From assembly GCA_014905635.1 (NCBI GenBank), contig JABVCE010000003.1, positions 620,001-684,000 on the forward strand: 64,000 bases of DNA. The letters run 5' to 3'. The position numbers and the translations under genes were made by a program. Numbering within the stretch: the stretch's first letter is position 1; each line of letters starts with the position of its first letter. Shown in pieces: positions 37,870 to 50,206 of the stretch. Source of the stretch: Scenedesmus sp. PABB004. Its lineage: Eukaryota. Under the pieces are notes generated by a model. The model made no database searches. It saw only the letters and a program-made list of their open reading frames with translations, and was not told the origin of the DNA.

Positions 37870-38468
37870 GCTGTGCATCAAGTTGCAGGCGCGCGCGCGA
37901 GCGTGAGCGCGTGTTATTGGATCAACGCCACACGCCGGGCCTGGCGACAGCGCGCCTGACAGAGCCGGCCCTCAGACGTGCCTTGACCGCAGCGCACGCC
38001 GCAGCGCAGCGCTCGCGGCGGGGCCTCAGAGCGCTGCAGGGCGGCGGCGCGCCTGGCCACGGTGCTCGGCGCAGCCTGGACGTGAGGGGGGGGGGGCACC
38101 CGGCCACAGAGTAAATGCGCGCGAGGCGGCCCCGCGCGGGCGGCCGCGAGCCAGCTGTCGGCGCGCCCGATCGCGGCGCCGCCGGCAGGGCCGGGCCCCA
38201 GCGACCCGGCCAGCCGCACGAGCGCACCCAGAGCGCACTGCCGCGCCTCCTAGGCGCGCCGGGAGCGCGCACCCGCCGCCGCGTCGCACGTCGCGTCGAT
38301 GACGGGGCGCGCTTTTGGAGCTGCGCACGCGCCCTCAAAGAGGCCCACGCTCCTCGGCGCGCACCCACGTCTTCGCCCACGCCCGCCTCCGCACCCCCGA
38401 CGCCCCAGATCGCCGCACCGCACCGCCCGGTCCCGCGCCGCCCCGCGCGCCGTCGCCGCGCCGCGATC

Positions 38469-39638
38469 ATGGCGCGCCGCGCGCCCTCCAGGCTGGCTCT
38501 GGCCGCGGCCGCGCTGGCTCTGCTGCTGGCCTGCGCGGCCGCGCAGGACGCCACCACCGGCGCCGCCGACCAGGGGCCGTCGGGCGCCACCGCGAGCACC
38601 TCGCCGACGTCCGCGGACAACACGACCGCCGCCGGCACCACCGCCGGCGGCGCCGGCAACGAGACCTCGGCCGGCGCCGCCCGTGGCGGCGCCGGCGCCG
38701 GCGGCAACGCGACTGGCGCTGCCGGCGGCAACGCGACCGGGGCGCCGGCGGCCAGACGGCCAACATCACGATTACGTTTGCGAACAACGCCAACCAGGCG
38801 CGCGCACGCACCGCCGGCCGCCTGCGTTCCCGCCGCGCCCTGCCGCGCCGCGCCGCGCCGCGCCGCCGCTCAAATGCGCGTCGCGCCCGCCCGCCCGCCC
38901 GCGCGCCCGCGCGCAGCTCACCAACCCGCCGCTCAACAGCACCATCGCCTACGCGCTGGCAGCCAACGTCTTCAACGTTTCGTCCGGCCAGGCGCGCGCG
39001 CGCGCGAGCGCGCACTTGCAGGCCGCGCCGCCCGGCCGCGCCGCCACGCGCGCGCGCGCCCACGCCGCGCCGCGCGCCGCGCGCAGGTCCAGCTCGCGGG
39101 CCCCTCCCCCAACGCGACCGGCAGCGACCCCTCCACCACCACGCTCGTCTTCACCGCCACCGGCCCCGCGCTCAACGGACAGTCGCTCGCCGACAACTGC
39201 CAGGCCAACCTGCCCGCGCTGCTCGCCTCGCCCGGCTCCGTCAACGCGAGCGGCGGCGGCGGCGGCGCCAACGCGACCTCGGGCGGCGGCGGCGGCGCCA
39301 ACGCGACCTCGGGCGCCGGCGGCGGCCTCGGCGGCGCGCTCGGCAACGCCACCTCGGGCGGCGGCCTCGGCGGTGCGCTCGGCAACGCCACCTCCGGCCT
39401 CGGCGCGCAGGCGAGCAACGCCTCGTCCACGCTCGAGTCGGGGCTGGGCCTCGGCCGGCGCGGCGGCCCCGGCGCCGGCGCCGGCGCCAGCGGCACGGGC
39501 GGCGGGGGCGGCGCGGGCGGCGCTAGTGCGGGGCCCTCTGTGGCCGGCGGCGGCGCGGGCGGCAACGCGACCGGCGGCGGCAACGGCACGTGGTGGCCAG
39601 GCCAGTCGGTCAAGGTGGTCAACGCCACCTGCGCGTGA
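38469..39638 (+). CDS. Secreted Gly/Ala/Thr-rich glycoprotein, copy 2
   Basis: Same signal peptide; exons LTNPPLNSTIAYALAANVFNVSSGQ|VQLAGPSPNATG...NCQANLPALLASPGS...TWWPGQSVKVVNATCA-stop. Confidence 0.75.
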   Translation: MARRAPSRLALAAAALALLLACAAAQDATTGAADQGPSGATASTSPTSADNTTAAGTTAGGAGNETSAGAARGGAGAGGNATGAAGGNATGAPAARRPTSRLRLRTTPTRRAHAPPAACVPAAPCRAAPRRAAAQMRVAPARPPARPRAAHQPAAQQHHRLRAGSQRLQRFVRPGARARERALAGRAARPRRHARARPRRAARRAQVQLAGPSPNATGSDPSTTTLVFTATGPALNGQSLADNCQANLPALLASPGSVNASGGGGGANATSGGGGGANATSGAGGGLGGALGNATSGGGLGGALGNATSGLGAQASNASSTLESGLGLGRRGGPGAGAGASGTGGGGGAGGASAGPSVAGGGAGGNATGGGNGTWWPGQSVKVVNATCA

Positions 39639-39855
39639 GCCGCACCCCCACCGCCCCTGCGTGGGAGCGCGCGACAGGGCCCCCACGAATAACGCCGAGC
39701 GCGAGCTGCGGCAGGCTCTCACGCGCGCGCGCGCGCGCGCGCCGCGCGGTGTGGCCCCGCGGCCAGACGAACGCGAGTTGCTGTTTTTATCGCTGGCACG
39801 GCCGCCCTGTGCTGGCCTCGACCAGCGTGCATCGCGCCGCGCCGGCGCTTGATCA

Positions 39856-41439
<1,584 letters not shown>

Positions 41440-41699
41440 GGTGGCGCGCTGTGTCCAGAGCCGCGTCACACGATGAGCTGGGAAAGGGTCGGTCGCCGGG
41501 GCGCGTTGCGCTGCGACTCGAGCAGCAGGCGGGTCTTAGCGAGCGCGGTTTGGTCCCGGCCTGCTCTCCGCTGATCGTGCGGGTCGTGCGGGTGCGCTCG
41601 GCGGCGATGCTTGAACGCAGGCGCGGCGGCGGCGGGCACTCCGCTGCCGGCGGCGCGCGCCGCTGCCGGCGGCCGGGGCGCCTCGCGCCTCGCCGCAAC

Positions 41700-41744
41700 G
41701 CGTGGCAGCGTGCTGCGTGGCAGCGTGCTGCGTGGCAGCGTGCT
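41700..41744. repeat. 15-bp tandem repeat (gcgtggcagcgtgct) x3
   Basis: Seen directly upstream of RPS23, at the 3' end of the HERP-like gene. Confidence 0.85.
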
Positions 41745-41839
41745 GGCGACGACTCACCAGTTCAAACAGGCGCCCACCGCCGCACGCGGCGCGCGCCTCT
41801 CGCGCAACACGCTCCCGCTCGCTCCCTCGCGCGCCCGCC

Positions 41840-44031
41840 TCACGGCGCCGCCGCGGCGCCGGCCGCGGGCTCCGCGTCGCCGCCGCCACCAGCGCCGCCG
41901 CCCCCGGCGCGCGGCGGCCCTCCTGCGCGACCATCTCCTGCGCGGCCGCAAAGACCGCGGCGTCCTCGGGGTTGTGGTTGAACCCTGGCAGCAGCGACGT
42001 GACAAAGCTCACGAGCACCGTGAGGATCTCCCGCACCAGGCCCTGCTGCAGCCACGCCGGCAGCGCGGCGGCGCCGGGCGGCGCCGGGGCGCCGGCCGCG
42101 TCGCCCGCGGGCGCCGGCGCGGCCCCTGCCGCGGGCTCGGCCTGCGCGCCGCCGCCGGGCGCGGCCGCGGGCGGCGCCGCGGGCGGCGCCTGCGCCTGCG
42201 CCGCCGCAGGCGCGGGCGGCGCCGGCGCGCGGCCGCGCGCCTCGCGGCGCGCCTGCATCTCGGCGAGCTGCTCCGGCCGCGGCGGCATCGCGAGCGCGAG
42301 CACAAACTGGCGGAACGGCGCCCAGAGCGCGGTCGCGTAGAGCACGGCGCTGCCGGCGAGCAGCACGCAGAGGCGCGGCCAGGTGCAGTGCTGGTAGAGC
42401 ACCATGCCAAACACGAGCAGCTGCAGCAGCGTGCGCATGCTGATGTTGAACGTGATCGTGCGCGTGCGGTAGCGCCGCGGCGGCCGCCCGCCCGCGCCCG
42501 GCGCGGGCCGCCCGGCGCCGCGGCGGCGGCGGCGGCGGCGGCGCCGCCGCCGCCGAGCGCAAAGCCGTGCGGCAGGCGCTGCCGCAGGCCCAGGCGCGCG
42601 CCGGGCGCGGGCGCGGCGCCGCCGGCGGCGGCGGCGGCGGCCGCCGCCGCGGCCGCCGCCTGCTGCTGCGCCGCGAGGTGGTGCGCCGCGAGGTGCGCGC
42701 TCAGGTGCGCGGGCAGGCCCAGCAGCGGCACCGCAAACTGCGCGGGGATGGCAAACGGCGGCGGCACGCCCGCGCCGCCGTGCTGCTGCTGCTGCGACTG
42801 CGCCTGCGCCTGCGCCTGCGCCGCGGCCGCGGCCGCCGCGGCGGCCTGCTGGTAGGGATAGTACAGCAGCGCCGGCGCGGGAGTGAGCGGCAGCATCGGC
42901 GGCGCGCCAGCGCCGGCGCCGGCCGCCGCGGCGGCGGCGCTGCTGCCCGCGCCGCCGCCGCCGCCGGGCGCGGTGCCGGCCTGCAGCTGCATCTGGGTCC
43001 GCATGCTCGCGAGCGCCGCCGCGTACGCGGCCTGGTACGCGGCTGCCATGACCGTGGGGCTGCTCACGGGGCTCACCGGCACGCCCCCGAGCGGGCCGAG
43101 CGGGTTGACAAACACGCCCCCGGCCGCGGGGAAGGGCGCGCCGGCGCCGGCGCCGGCGCCGCCGGCGGCGCGGCCAAACTCAAACACCGGCGCCGCGGCC
43201 GGCGGCACCGGCGCCGGCGGCGGCGGCGCCAGGCTGGGCGCCGACTGGTGCAGGCCCTGCGCCAGCGCGGCCGCGCCGTCGCCGGCGGCGCCGGCGCTGC
43301 TGCTGGTGCTGCTGCTGGCGTGGGCGGGCGCCGCAGGCGCCGCGGGCGCGGGCGCGTCGCCGCCGACGCTGCTTCCCGGCTGCCCGCCTCCCGGCGCCGC
43401 CGGTGGCTGCACGCGCCCGCTGCTCTCGCCGCCGTCAGCGGGTGGTGCCGCGCCGAGCGGCGCCGGCGCCGGCGACGCCGGCGGGCTGGGCGCCGGCGGC
43501 GCCGGCGCCGGCCGCGGCGGCGGCGCGCGCACGACCAGGTGCATGCTGTGCGGCACGTCCGGCTCGACCGGCTGCGACGCGACGGCGCAGCGCGTGAGGC
43601 GTGCGCAGGCGGCGGCACGCGGTGCGCGCGCCGCGCGCCGCGCTCGGGCGCTGCGCACCTGCTTGATGATGTCCTGCACCGTCACGCTCGTGTCCTTGAG
43701 CACCTTGCCGGCGTAAATGAGCTGCGGCGGGGCGCCACGGCGGCGGCGGCGCCCGCGTGGGCGGGCGGCGCGCGCGCGCGGCGGCAGCAGCAGCAGCGGC
43801 GCCGGTGCCTTCCGCCGCCCGCGCCGGCGCCGCCGGCCGCCGCCCGGCGCTGCGCCGCACCGTCTGGCTCGAGGGCGGCGGCTTGCCCTCGTACTGGGCC
43901 GCGATGAGGGCCTGCAGCTCCGCCAGCGTCGAGGAGAGGCGGACGCAGATGCGGAAAGCATCGTCGGGGTGGCGGGGGTTTTTGATCACAAACGTCACCT
44001 CCCCGCCCCCGCCTGCCCCTGTCTCGGGCAT
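41840..44031 (-). CDS. HERP/HERPUD-like ERAD protein (N-terminal ubiquitin-like domain, C-terminal TM region); stop at 41840 or 41536
   Basis: VTFVIKNP...STLAELQALIAAQYEGKPPPSSQT|LIYAGKVLKD...HSMHLVVR (Ubl); hydrophobic LLQLLVFGMVLY...VSFVTSLLPG. Confidence 0.75.
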
Positions 44032-44416
44032 GTGGGCACAGGCAGCACCGCCGCGGGCCCTCTCGGTGCGGCTTTTCCCAGGGGCGCTCTCGCTGCTGTC
44101 CGGCCCCGCCGCAGCTGGGCGCGCCTGGGGCGGTCGGCGGAGGCACGGGGGGCGCGGTGTGGGGCGGTGACCGCGGCGGGGCGGCCAGGGAGCGCGTGTG
44201 TGCGCGGCGGGAGCCCTGGCGAACAATGACAGGCGCGCTGTGCCCTGTGCCGGCGTCGCCAGCCGCCCGATCGCTGGCGGTGAGCAGTTTCCGTTGCCGC
44301 CACCCGCTCGCGCCCGCTGCTGCGGCGAAAGCGCGCGCCGGGCGCCCGATTGCCGTCGCGAACGCGCGCCGCGCCGTCGCCTCGTCCCGCACGGCCGCCG
44401 CTTGAGAGCCGCGGCC

Positions 44417-46201
44417 ATGGCCCTGCGTCGCGCGCTGGCGGCGCTGGCGTGCCGGGCGTCCGGGCGGGCAGCAGACGCCCGATGCCTCGCCACGGTGCGC
44501 GCGGCGCGCCCTGGGCGGCGTGACGCCGCCCCGTGGCGCTCCACACTCCCCTGCACCGCCCGCAGGTCGCTCAGGCCGCGCCCTGGGCGCCCGGCAGCAG
44601 CGGCGGCAGCGGCAGCAGCGGCGCGCTGCCAACGCGGCGCGGCCCGGGCGCGTCGGCGCTGCTGCAGCTGCAGCGCGCCGCGCAGCCGGCGGGCCAGCAT
44701 GCGCCCTGGCAGCTGGGTGAGCGCCGGCGGCGGCCGCGGCGGCGGCGCGGCGGCGCGCGGCCGCGCGGCGCGCAACCGCTCCTCGCTGCCGCGCGCCTGC
44801 CGCCGCCCGGGCGCGGCCGGCCGAACGCGCGCGCGCGGCCGCCGCCCTCGCCGCCGCCGCCGCCGCCCGCAGGCCAGGTGCGGGGCATGTTCATCCAGAC
44901 GCAGCCCACGCCCAACCCGCAGAGCCTCATGTTCCTGCCTGGCCGGCAGGTCATGGAGGTGCGCGGCGCGGCGCCCGCCGCGCCCGCGGCGCGCGCCAGC
45001 GGCGAGGCGGCGCCCCGCCCCGCAGCCGAGCCCCCGGCCCGCCCGCCGCTCGCCCGCAGAGTGGCAGCTACGAGTTTGCCAGCGCGCGCGCCGCGATGGT
45101 CTCGCCGCTCGCGAAGAAGCTCTTCCTCGTCGACGGCGTCACGGGTGCGTGCGCGCGCGCCCGCCGCCGCCGCTGCCGCTGTCACCGCCGCTGCGGCGAC
45201 GTGCGGCGACGCGCGGCGACGCGCGGCGACGCGCCCCGCCGCGCCCCGCCGCGCCCCGCCGCCGCGGCAGGCGTGTTTTTCGGGAGCGACTTTGTGACGG
45301 TCACGAAGCGCGACGAGCTGTCGTGGCCGGTGCTCAAGCCCGACATCTTTGCCGCGATCATGGACCACTTCAGCAGCGGCGAGCCGCTCTTCAGCGACAA
45401 GGAGGCGCTCGAGGCGAGCGACACGGCGATCCGCGACGACGACGACGAGGCGCGCGCGCGGGGCGGCGGCGGCGGCGGGCGCGCGCGGCGCGCGGCGGCA
45501 CGGCGCGGCGGCGCCCGGGCCCGGCGGCGCCCGGCGCGCGGCGGGGCGTGTGGGGGCGCGCGGGGCGCGCCGCGTTGCGCACGCGCGGCGCACGCGCCGA
45601 GCCGGCCGCGCGGCGCAGGTGGTGGCGATGATCAAGGAGCTGCTGGAGACGCGCATCCGGCCCGCGGTGCAGGAGGACGGCGGCGACATCGTGTACAAGG
45701 GCTTTGACGCCGACAGCGGCACGGTGACGCTCAAGATGATGGTGCGTGTGGGCCTGTGTGTGCGTGTGTGTGAGGGGGAGGGGCGCGAGCGCGCGGGTGC
45801 GCAGGGGCACGCAGGGGCGCGCGGGGGCGGGCAGCGGCCGCGGCGTGCGGGGGCGCGGCCGCGCCGACGGCCCACCCGCGCGCGCCGCGGCGGCGGCGTC
45901 GCTCGGCGCGGCGGGCCGCAGGGCGCGTGCAGCGGGTGCCCGTCGTCTGCGGTGACGCTGAAGAGCGGCATCGAGAACATGCTGATGCACTACATACCAG
46001 AGGTCAAGCAGGTCGTCGAGGTGCGCGGCCCGCGGCGGCTGCAGGGGCGGCGGCGGCGGGGGCCGCAGGAGGGCGGCGCGCGGCCGCGCGGCGCTGACGG
46101 CGCGCGCCGCCGCGGTGCCGGCGGTGCAGGCGCCGCCGGACGAGGGGGAGGAGGAGGGCATCAAGGCGTTTGAGCAGCTCGAGAAGCAGCTCAGCACCTG
46201 A
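44417..46201 (+). CDS. NFU1: Mitochondrial NifU-like Fe-S carrier (NFU1/NFU4 type)
   Basis: [80 protein letters not shown]. Confidence 0.95.
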
Positions 46202-47334
46202 GCGCGGCGCCGCGGCCGCACTGAGCGGGGCGGCGGCACGCCGCGCGCACCGCAGGAGGAGGCGGCCGAGGAGGGCGGCGGCGGCGGCGCCAAGGGCGGC
46301 GGCGGGCTGGAGAGCCTGCTGAGCAACTGAGCGGCGCGGGGCGGCCGCCGCAGCGCGGTGGTGCCGCAGCGCGGCGCGCGGCGTGCGGGCAACCGCGCAC
46401 CGAATCCGGCCGCCCTCCCTGGCGCTGCACCGGCCGTCGACGGCGGGGCCGGCGGCGCCAGGCGCGGCCGCTGCGCGCCGTCCGCGCCGGCGGCGGCAGC
46501 AGCACCCAGCACTCGGCGGCAGCAGCCCGCGGCACGCGCCCCGTCGGTCGTTCGCTGCGTTGTTGGCACGGCCGCCGAGCGCACGGGCCGCGGTGTTGTC
46601 GGCCGGCCCTGAACCCAAAACCAAGCAGCGCTCGTATTAGCCCGCCTGGCCGCACCGCACCGCCCTCTTTCGCAGCGTGGAGACGCAGCCAAACCTCGCC
46701 CGCCGGGCCGCGTGAAGGTGCGGCGCGGAGGCGCGCGGTGGGCCGGGGGCTGCGGGGCGCCACGGCGGCGGCGTGGTGTTCCCGGGCGTCCGCTCGACGC
46801 CGGTGACGCTCCTGGCGGCCGCGGGCGCCGGGCGGCGCGGGGATCGATGGCCGGCGGCAGCGGTGATGGCGATGCGCCCGCCCGCCCACGCCAGCGGCCG
46901 GCGCGCCGCGCGGGCGGGCGCCCCGGCGTGAAAGCAGCTCGGCGGGCGCAGCAGACGGGCGCCCCCCGCCGGCGCCTGTGGCAGGCGCCCTGGGGCAGCC
47001 GGCCTGGGCGGGCAGCAGGCCGCGGGCAGCAGGCCAGCCGCCCGGGCGGTGGGGCCTCGCAGGGGGCCCGGCTGGGGCGCAGCGCCGCCGCCGGCGGCGC
47101 GCGCGGGCACCAGCCGCCGCGGCAGCGGCGACAGCAGCGGCCGGCGCCTGGCGCCTGGAGCGCTGCCTGCTGCAGCCATGCACTCAAGCCGGACCAGCGG
47201 CGCCAGCCGGCCGGCAGCGGGCCCCGGCCGGGCGATGGACGCGCCGCGCCCGCCGCCCGCCGCCAACGCGGCCGCCGCCGCGCCGCTGCCGCCGCGCCGC
47301 CGCCGCCGCTGCCGCCTGCAGGCACCCGGCCGCG

Positions 47335-48194
47335 ATGGTGCTCAAGACGACGCTGTGCCGCTTCAGCGGCCTGCGCATCTGGCCGGGGCGCGGCATGCTC
47401 TACATCCGCACCGACAACCAGCAGTTCCTGTTCCTCAACAAGAAGTGCAAGCGCATGTACCACAACAGGCTGCGCCCCGCCAAGCTGGCGTGGACCACGA
47501 CCTACAGGCGCGCGCCGCGCGGCGCGCGCACGCCGCGACGCGCAGCGGCGGCAGCAGCGGCGAGGCGCAGCGCCCGCGGCAGGCGCAGGCGCAGCGGCGG
47601 CAGGCGCAGGCGGTGCAGGCGGCAGCAGGCGGCGGCGGCGCCAGCAGCAGGCGGCGTCGCCGAGGCGGGCGGCAGCAGCCAGCCGAGGCGGCGGGTGGCA
47701 GCAGCAAAAGACGGCGGGCGGCAGCAGCGGGTCAAGCGGCGCAGCGGCAGCAGCGGCGCGGGCGGCGCTGCAGTGGCAGCAGCGGGCGCGGGCGGCGCAG
47801 TGGCAGCAGCGGGCGCCGCCGCGCGGCGCGCCGTGCGGCGGCAGCGGCGCGCGCGCCGCCGGCGCCGCTCACGCGCCGCGCCGCGCGCGCCCTCCTCCTC
47901 CTCCCCGCGCGCAGGAAGGCGCACAAGAAGGACCAGGTCGCCGAGGTCGCGCGCAAGAAGCGCCGCAACACCAACAAGGCCACCGCGCGCGCGATCGTGG
48001 GCGTGAGCCTCGAGGTGATTAACAAGAAGCGCACGGAGAAGCCCGAGGTGCGCCAGTCCAACCGCGAGAAGGCGATCCGCGAGGTGAAGGAGCGCGCGAA
48101 GAAGGCCAAGGCTGAGAAGGCCAAGGCCGCCACCAAGGCCAGCGCCGGCAAGGCGGCGCCGGCGCCCAAGGCGGTCGGCCGCGGCAAGCGCTGA
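47335..48194 (+). CDS. RPL24: 60S ribosomal protein L24 (eL24)
   Basis: [27 protein letters not shown]...[15 protein letters not shown]...[22 protein letters not shown]; one intron at 47508-47914. Confidence 0.97.
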
Positions 48195-48542
48195 GCGCGC
48201 GCGCCGCGCGCCCTCCCACCGCGGCGCCGCAGCAGCGGCGCGCGGCGGGGGAGGGCGCCCTGACCGCAGCAGCTGTGGTGGTGGTAAACGCGTTCGACCC
48301 GAGCGTGGGGCTGCCGCTGCGCTGAACCGCTTTTGCCCTTCTTTCTCTGCAGCGCCAGAATAGCGCGCCGTTGCCCAGCCGAGCCACAGACTGCGCCATC
48401 GCCCACGCCAGCCCGCGGGAACGCAGCGCCCGGGAGAGCCGCTGCGCCAGCCGCCGGGCCGCTGCAGCGCGCCGCCGCGCCCCGGGCCGATTTCTCACGC
48501 GCGCAGCCGGGCGAGCGGCGCGACCTGAAAAATTTGCCGGAC

Positions 48543-49580
48543 ATGCTCGCTCGCGGCCTGGCGAGGCCGGCGGCGCGGCTGCGGGTGCGTGGCGGGCGCG
48601 CAACAGCAGCGCCACGAGCGCAGCGGCCCGCCGCGCCCTGCCGCCCTGCCGGCGGCGGCGCCGCCCGGCCCAGCGACCGGGCTCACCCCCGCCCGCGCCT
48701 CCTCGCGCCGCCGCTGCCGGCGCCGCAGGCGCTGCAGCCGCCGCTGCCGGCCGCGCTGCTGCGCTGCCACGCGCGGCCGCCGAGCGCCGCGCCGCCGCCG
48801 CCGACGACGCCCGCGGAGCTGCCCTCGCTCGCGGAGCTGCTGGGCGAGCACGGCGCGCGCCTGACGACGGCGGCGCAGATGGTCTGGGCGTCGGTGCTGC
48901 GCCCGGGCGACCTCGCCATCGACGCGACGTGCGGGAACGGCAACGACACGCTCTTCCTCGCCAGCGCCGTGGGGCCGCGCGGCGCCGTCGTCGGCGTCGA
49001 CGTCCAGGCCGCCGCGGTCGACGCGACGCGCGCGCTGCTCGCCGACCGCCTGCCGCCGGGGGGCGCGCCACGCGTCGACCTGCACGTCGCGTGCCACTCG
49101 CAGCTGCAGGCGCTCGTGGGCAGCAACGTGGCCAGGGTCGTCGCGTTCAACCTCGGCTACCTGCCCCGTGGCGCGGACAAGACGGTCGCGACGCGGCGCG
49201 AGACGACGCTCGCGGCGGTCGAGGCGGCGCTCGAGGCGCGCCGGGGGGGCGCGCGGCGCTCGCACGGCGCGCGGCGCGCGCCGCTGGCACGCGCGTTTGC
49301 GGCCGCGCCGCTCTGACGCGGCGGCTCCGTGCCCCGGCCGCGGCAGGTGGTCGTGCCGGGCGGGCTGGTGAGCATCATGGCGTACGTCGGCCACCCGGGC
49401 GGGCTCGAGGAGTACGAGCAGGTCCGCGAGCTGCTGGGCTCACTCTCGCCGGTTTACTGGACGAGCAGCGAGCTGCGGCTCCTCAACCGGCCGACCGCGC
49501 CAGTGCTGCTGCTCCTGTGGCGCCAGCCGGACGCGCAGGCGGCGCCCGCGGCGGCGGCCGCGGCGCGGCGCAGCTCGTGA
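48543..49580 (+). CDS. YtqB/MnmM-like SAM-dependent (tRNA) methyltransferase with transit-peptide-like N-terminus
   Basis: LRPGDLAIDATCGNGNDTLFLA, VAFNLGYLPRGADKTVAT, IMAYVGHPGGLEEYE, NRPTAPVL. Confidence 0.88.
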
Positions 49581-49665
49581 GGCGGGGCCCCGCCTCACGA
49601 GCTGTGCCCCGCCTCAGCGGTGCCCCCGCTTCAGCTCGTGAGGCGGGGCCCCGCCTCACGAGCTG
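49571..49665. repeat. Two copies of a perfect 34-bp palindrome (49571-49604 and 49632-49665)
   Basis: cagctcgtgaggcggggccccgcctcacgagctg equals its own reverse complement. Confidence 0.95.
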
Positions 49666-49978
49666 CGCCCCCGGGGCGGCGGCAGCGGCGCAGCACGCGC
49701 GGCGCGCAGCGCCGCCGAGTGCGTGGCACGTGCGGCGCGCGCGTGCTGCGTGCAGGGTGTCGGCCAGCGGGGTGCTGGCAAGCGTGAGCGTCGTCCGGCG
49801 CGGCCCGCGGCGCTCGCCCCGGGGGTTCGGGGCCCAGCAGCAGCTGCGCGCCGCCGCCGCCCGCATCCCAGCGCCCCCCCAGCCGCGGCCGCCCCACAGC
49901 CCCCGCCCGCCTCCCCGCCACGATGCGCTCGGGCCCACGCCGCTCCGCCGCACCTCGCAGCCCAGCCGCGCGCTCGAC

Positions 49979-50206
49979 ATGGCGCCCACGCAGGCTAGCG
50001 GCCAGGAGCTGCTGAAGGGCATGCTGGGCCGCCTGGGCCCAGCCTCAGGGCCCGCGTCTGCACGCGCGGGGTCGCGCCCCGCGGCGCGGGCGCCTTCGGC
50101 GCCGTCGGAGGCCGGCGCCCGCCGGGCGCCCCCCGCGGACGCGGTGGACGCCTACGACCTCACGCACGGCGCCTTCTGGCTGATGGTGGACCTGGCCCCC
50201 AACTGA
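49979..50206 (+). CDS. Possible small protein (75 aa)
   Basis: MAPTQASGQELLKGMLGRLG...DAVDAYDLTHGAFWLMVDLAPN with host-like codon use; downstream TGTAA at 51047-51051. Confidence 0.35.
   Translation: MAPTQASGQELLKGMLGRLGPASGPASARAGSRPAARAPSAPSEAGARRAPPADAVDAYDLTHGAFWLMVDLAPN

Larger units (their letters stand above)
36010..38740 (+). repeat. Tandem (direct) duplication, offset ~2042-2045 bp
   Basis: ~36065-36695 is nearly identical to ~38110-38740. A degenerate copy of the HEATR6 3' end sits at ~38050-38115. Confidence 0.92.

Noticed and set aside
49571..49665. CRISPR-like repeat-spacer-repeat
   Set aside because: Only two repeats, the spacer is derived from the repeat, the context is eukaryotic, and no cas genes are present
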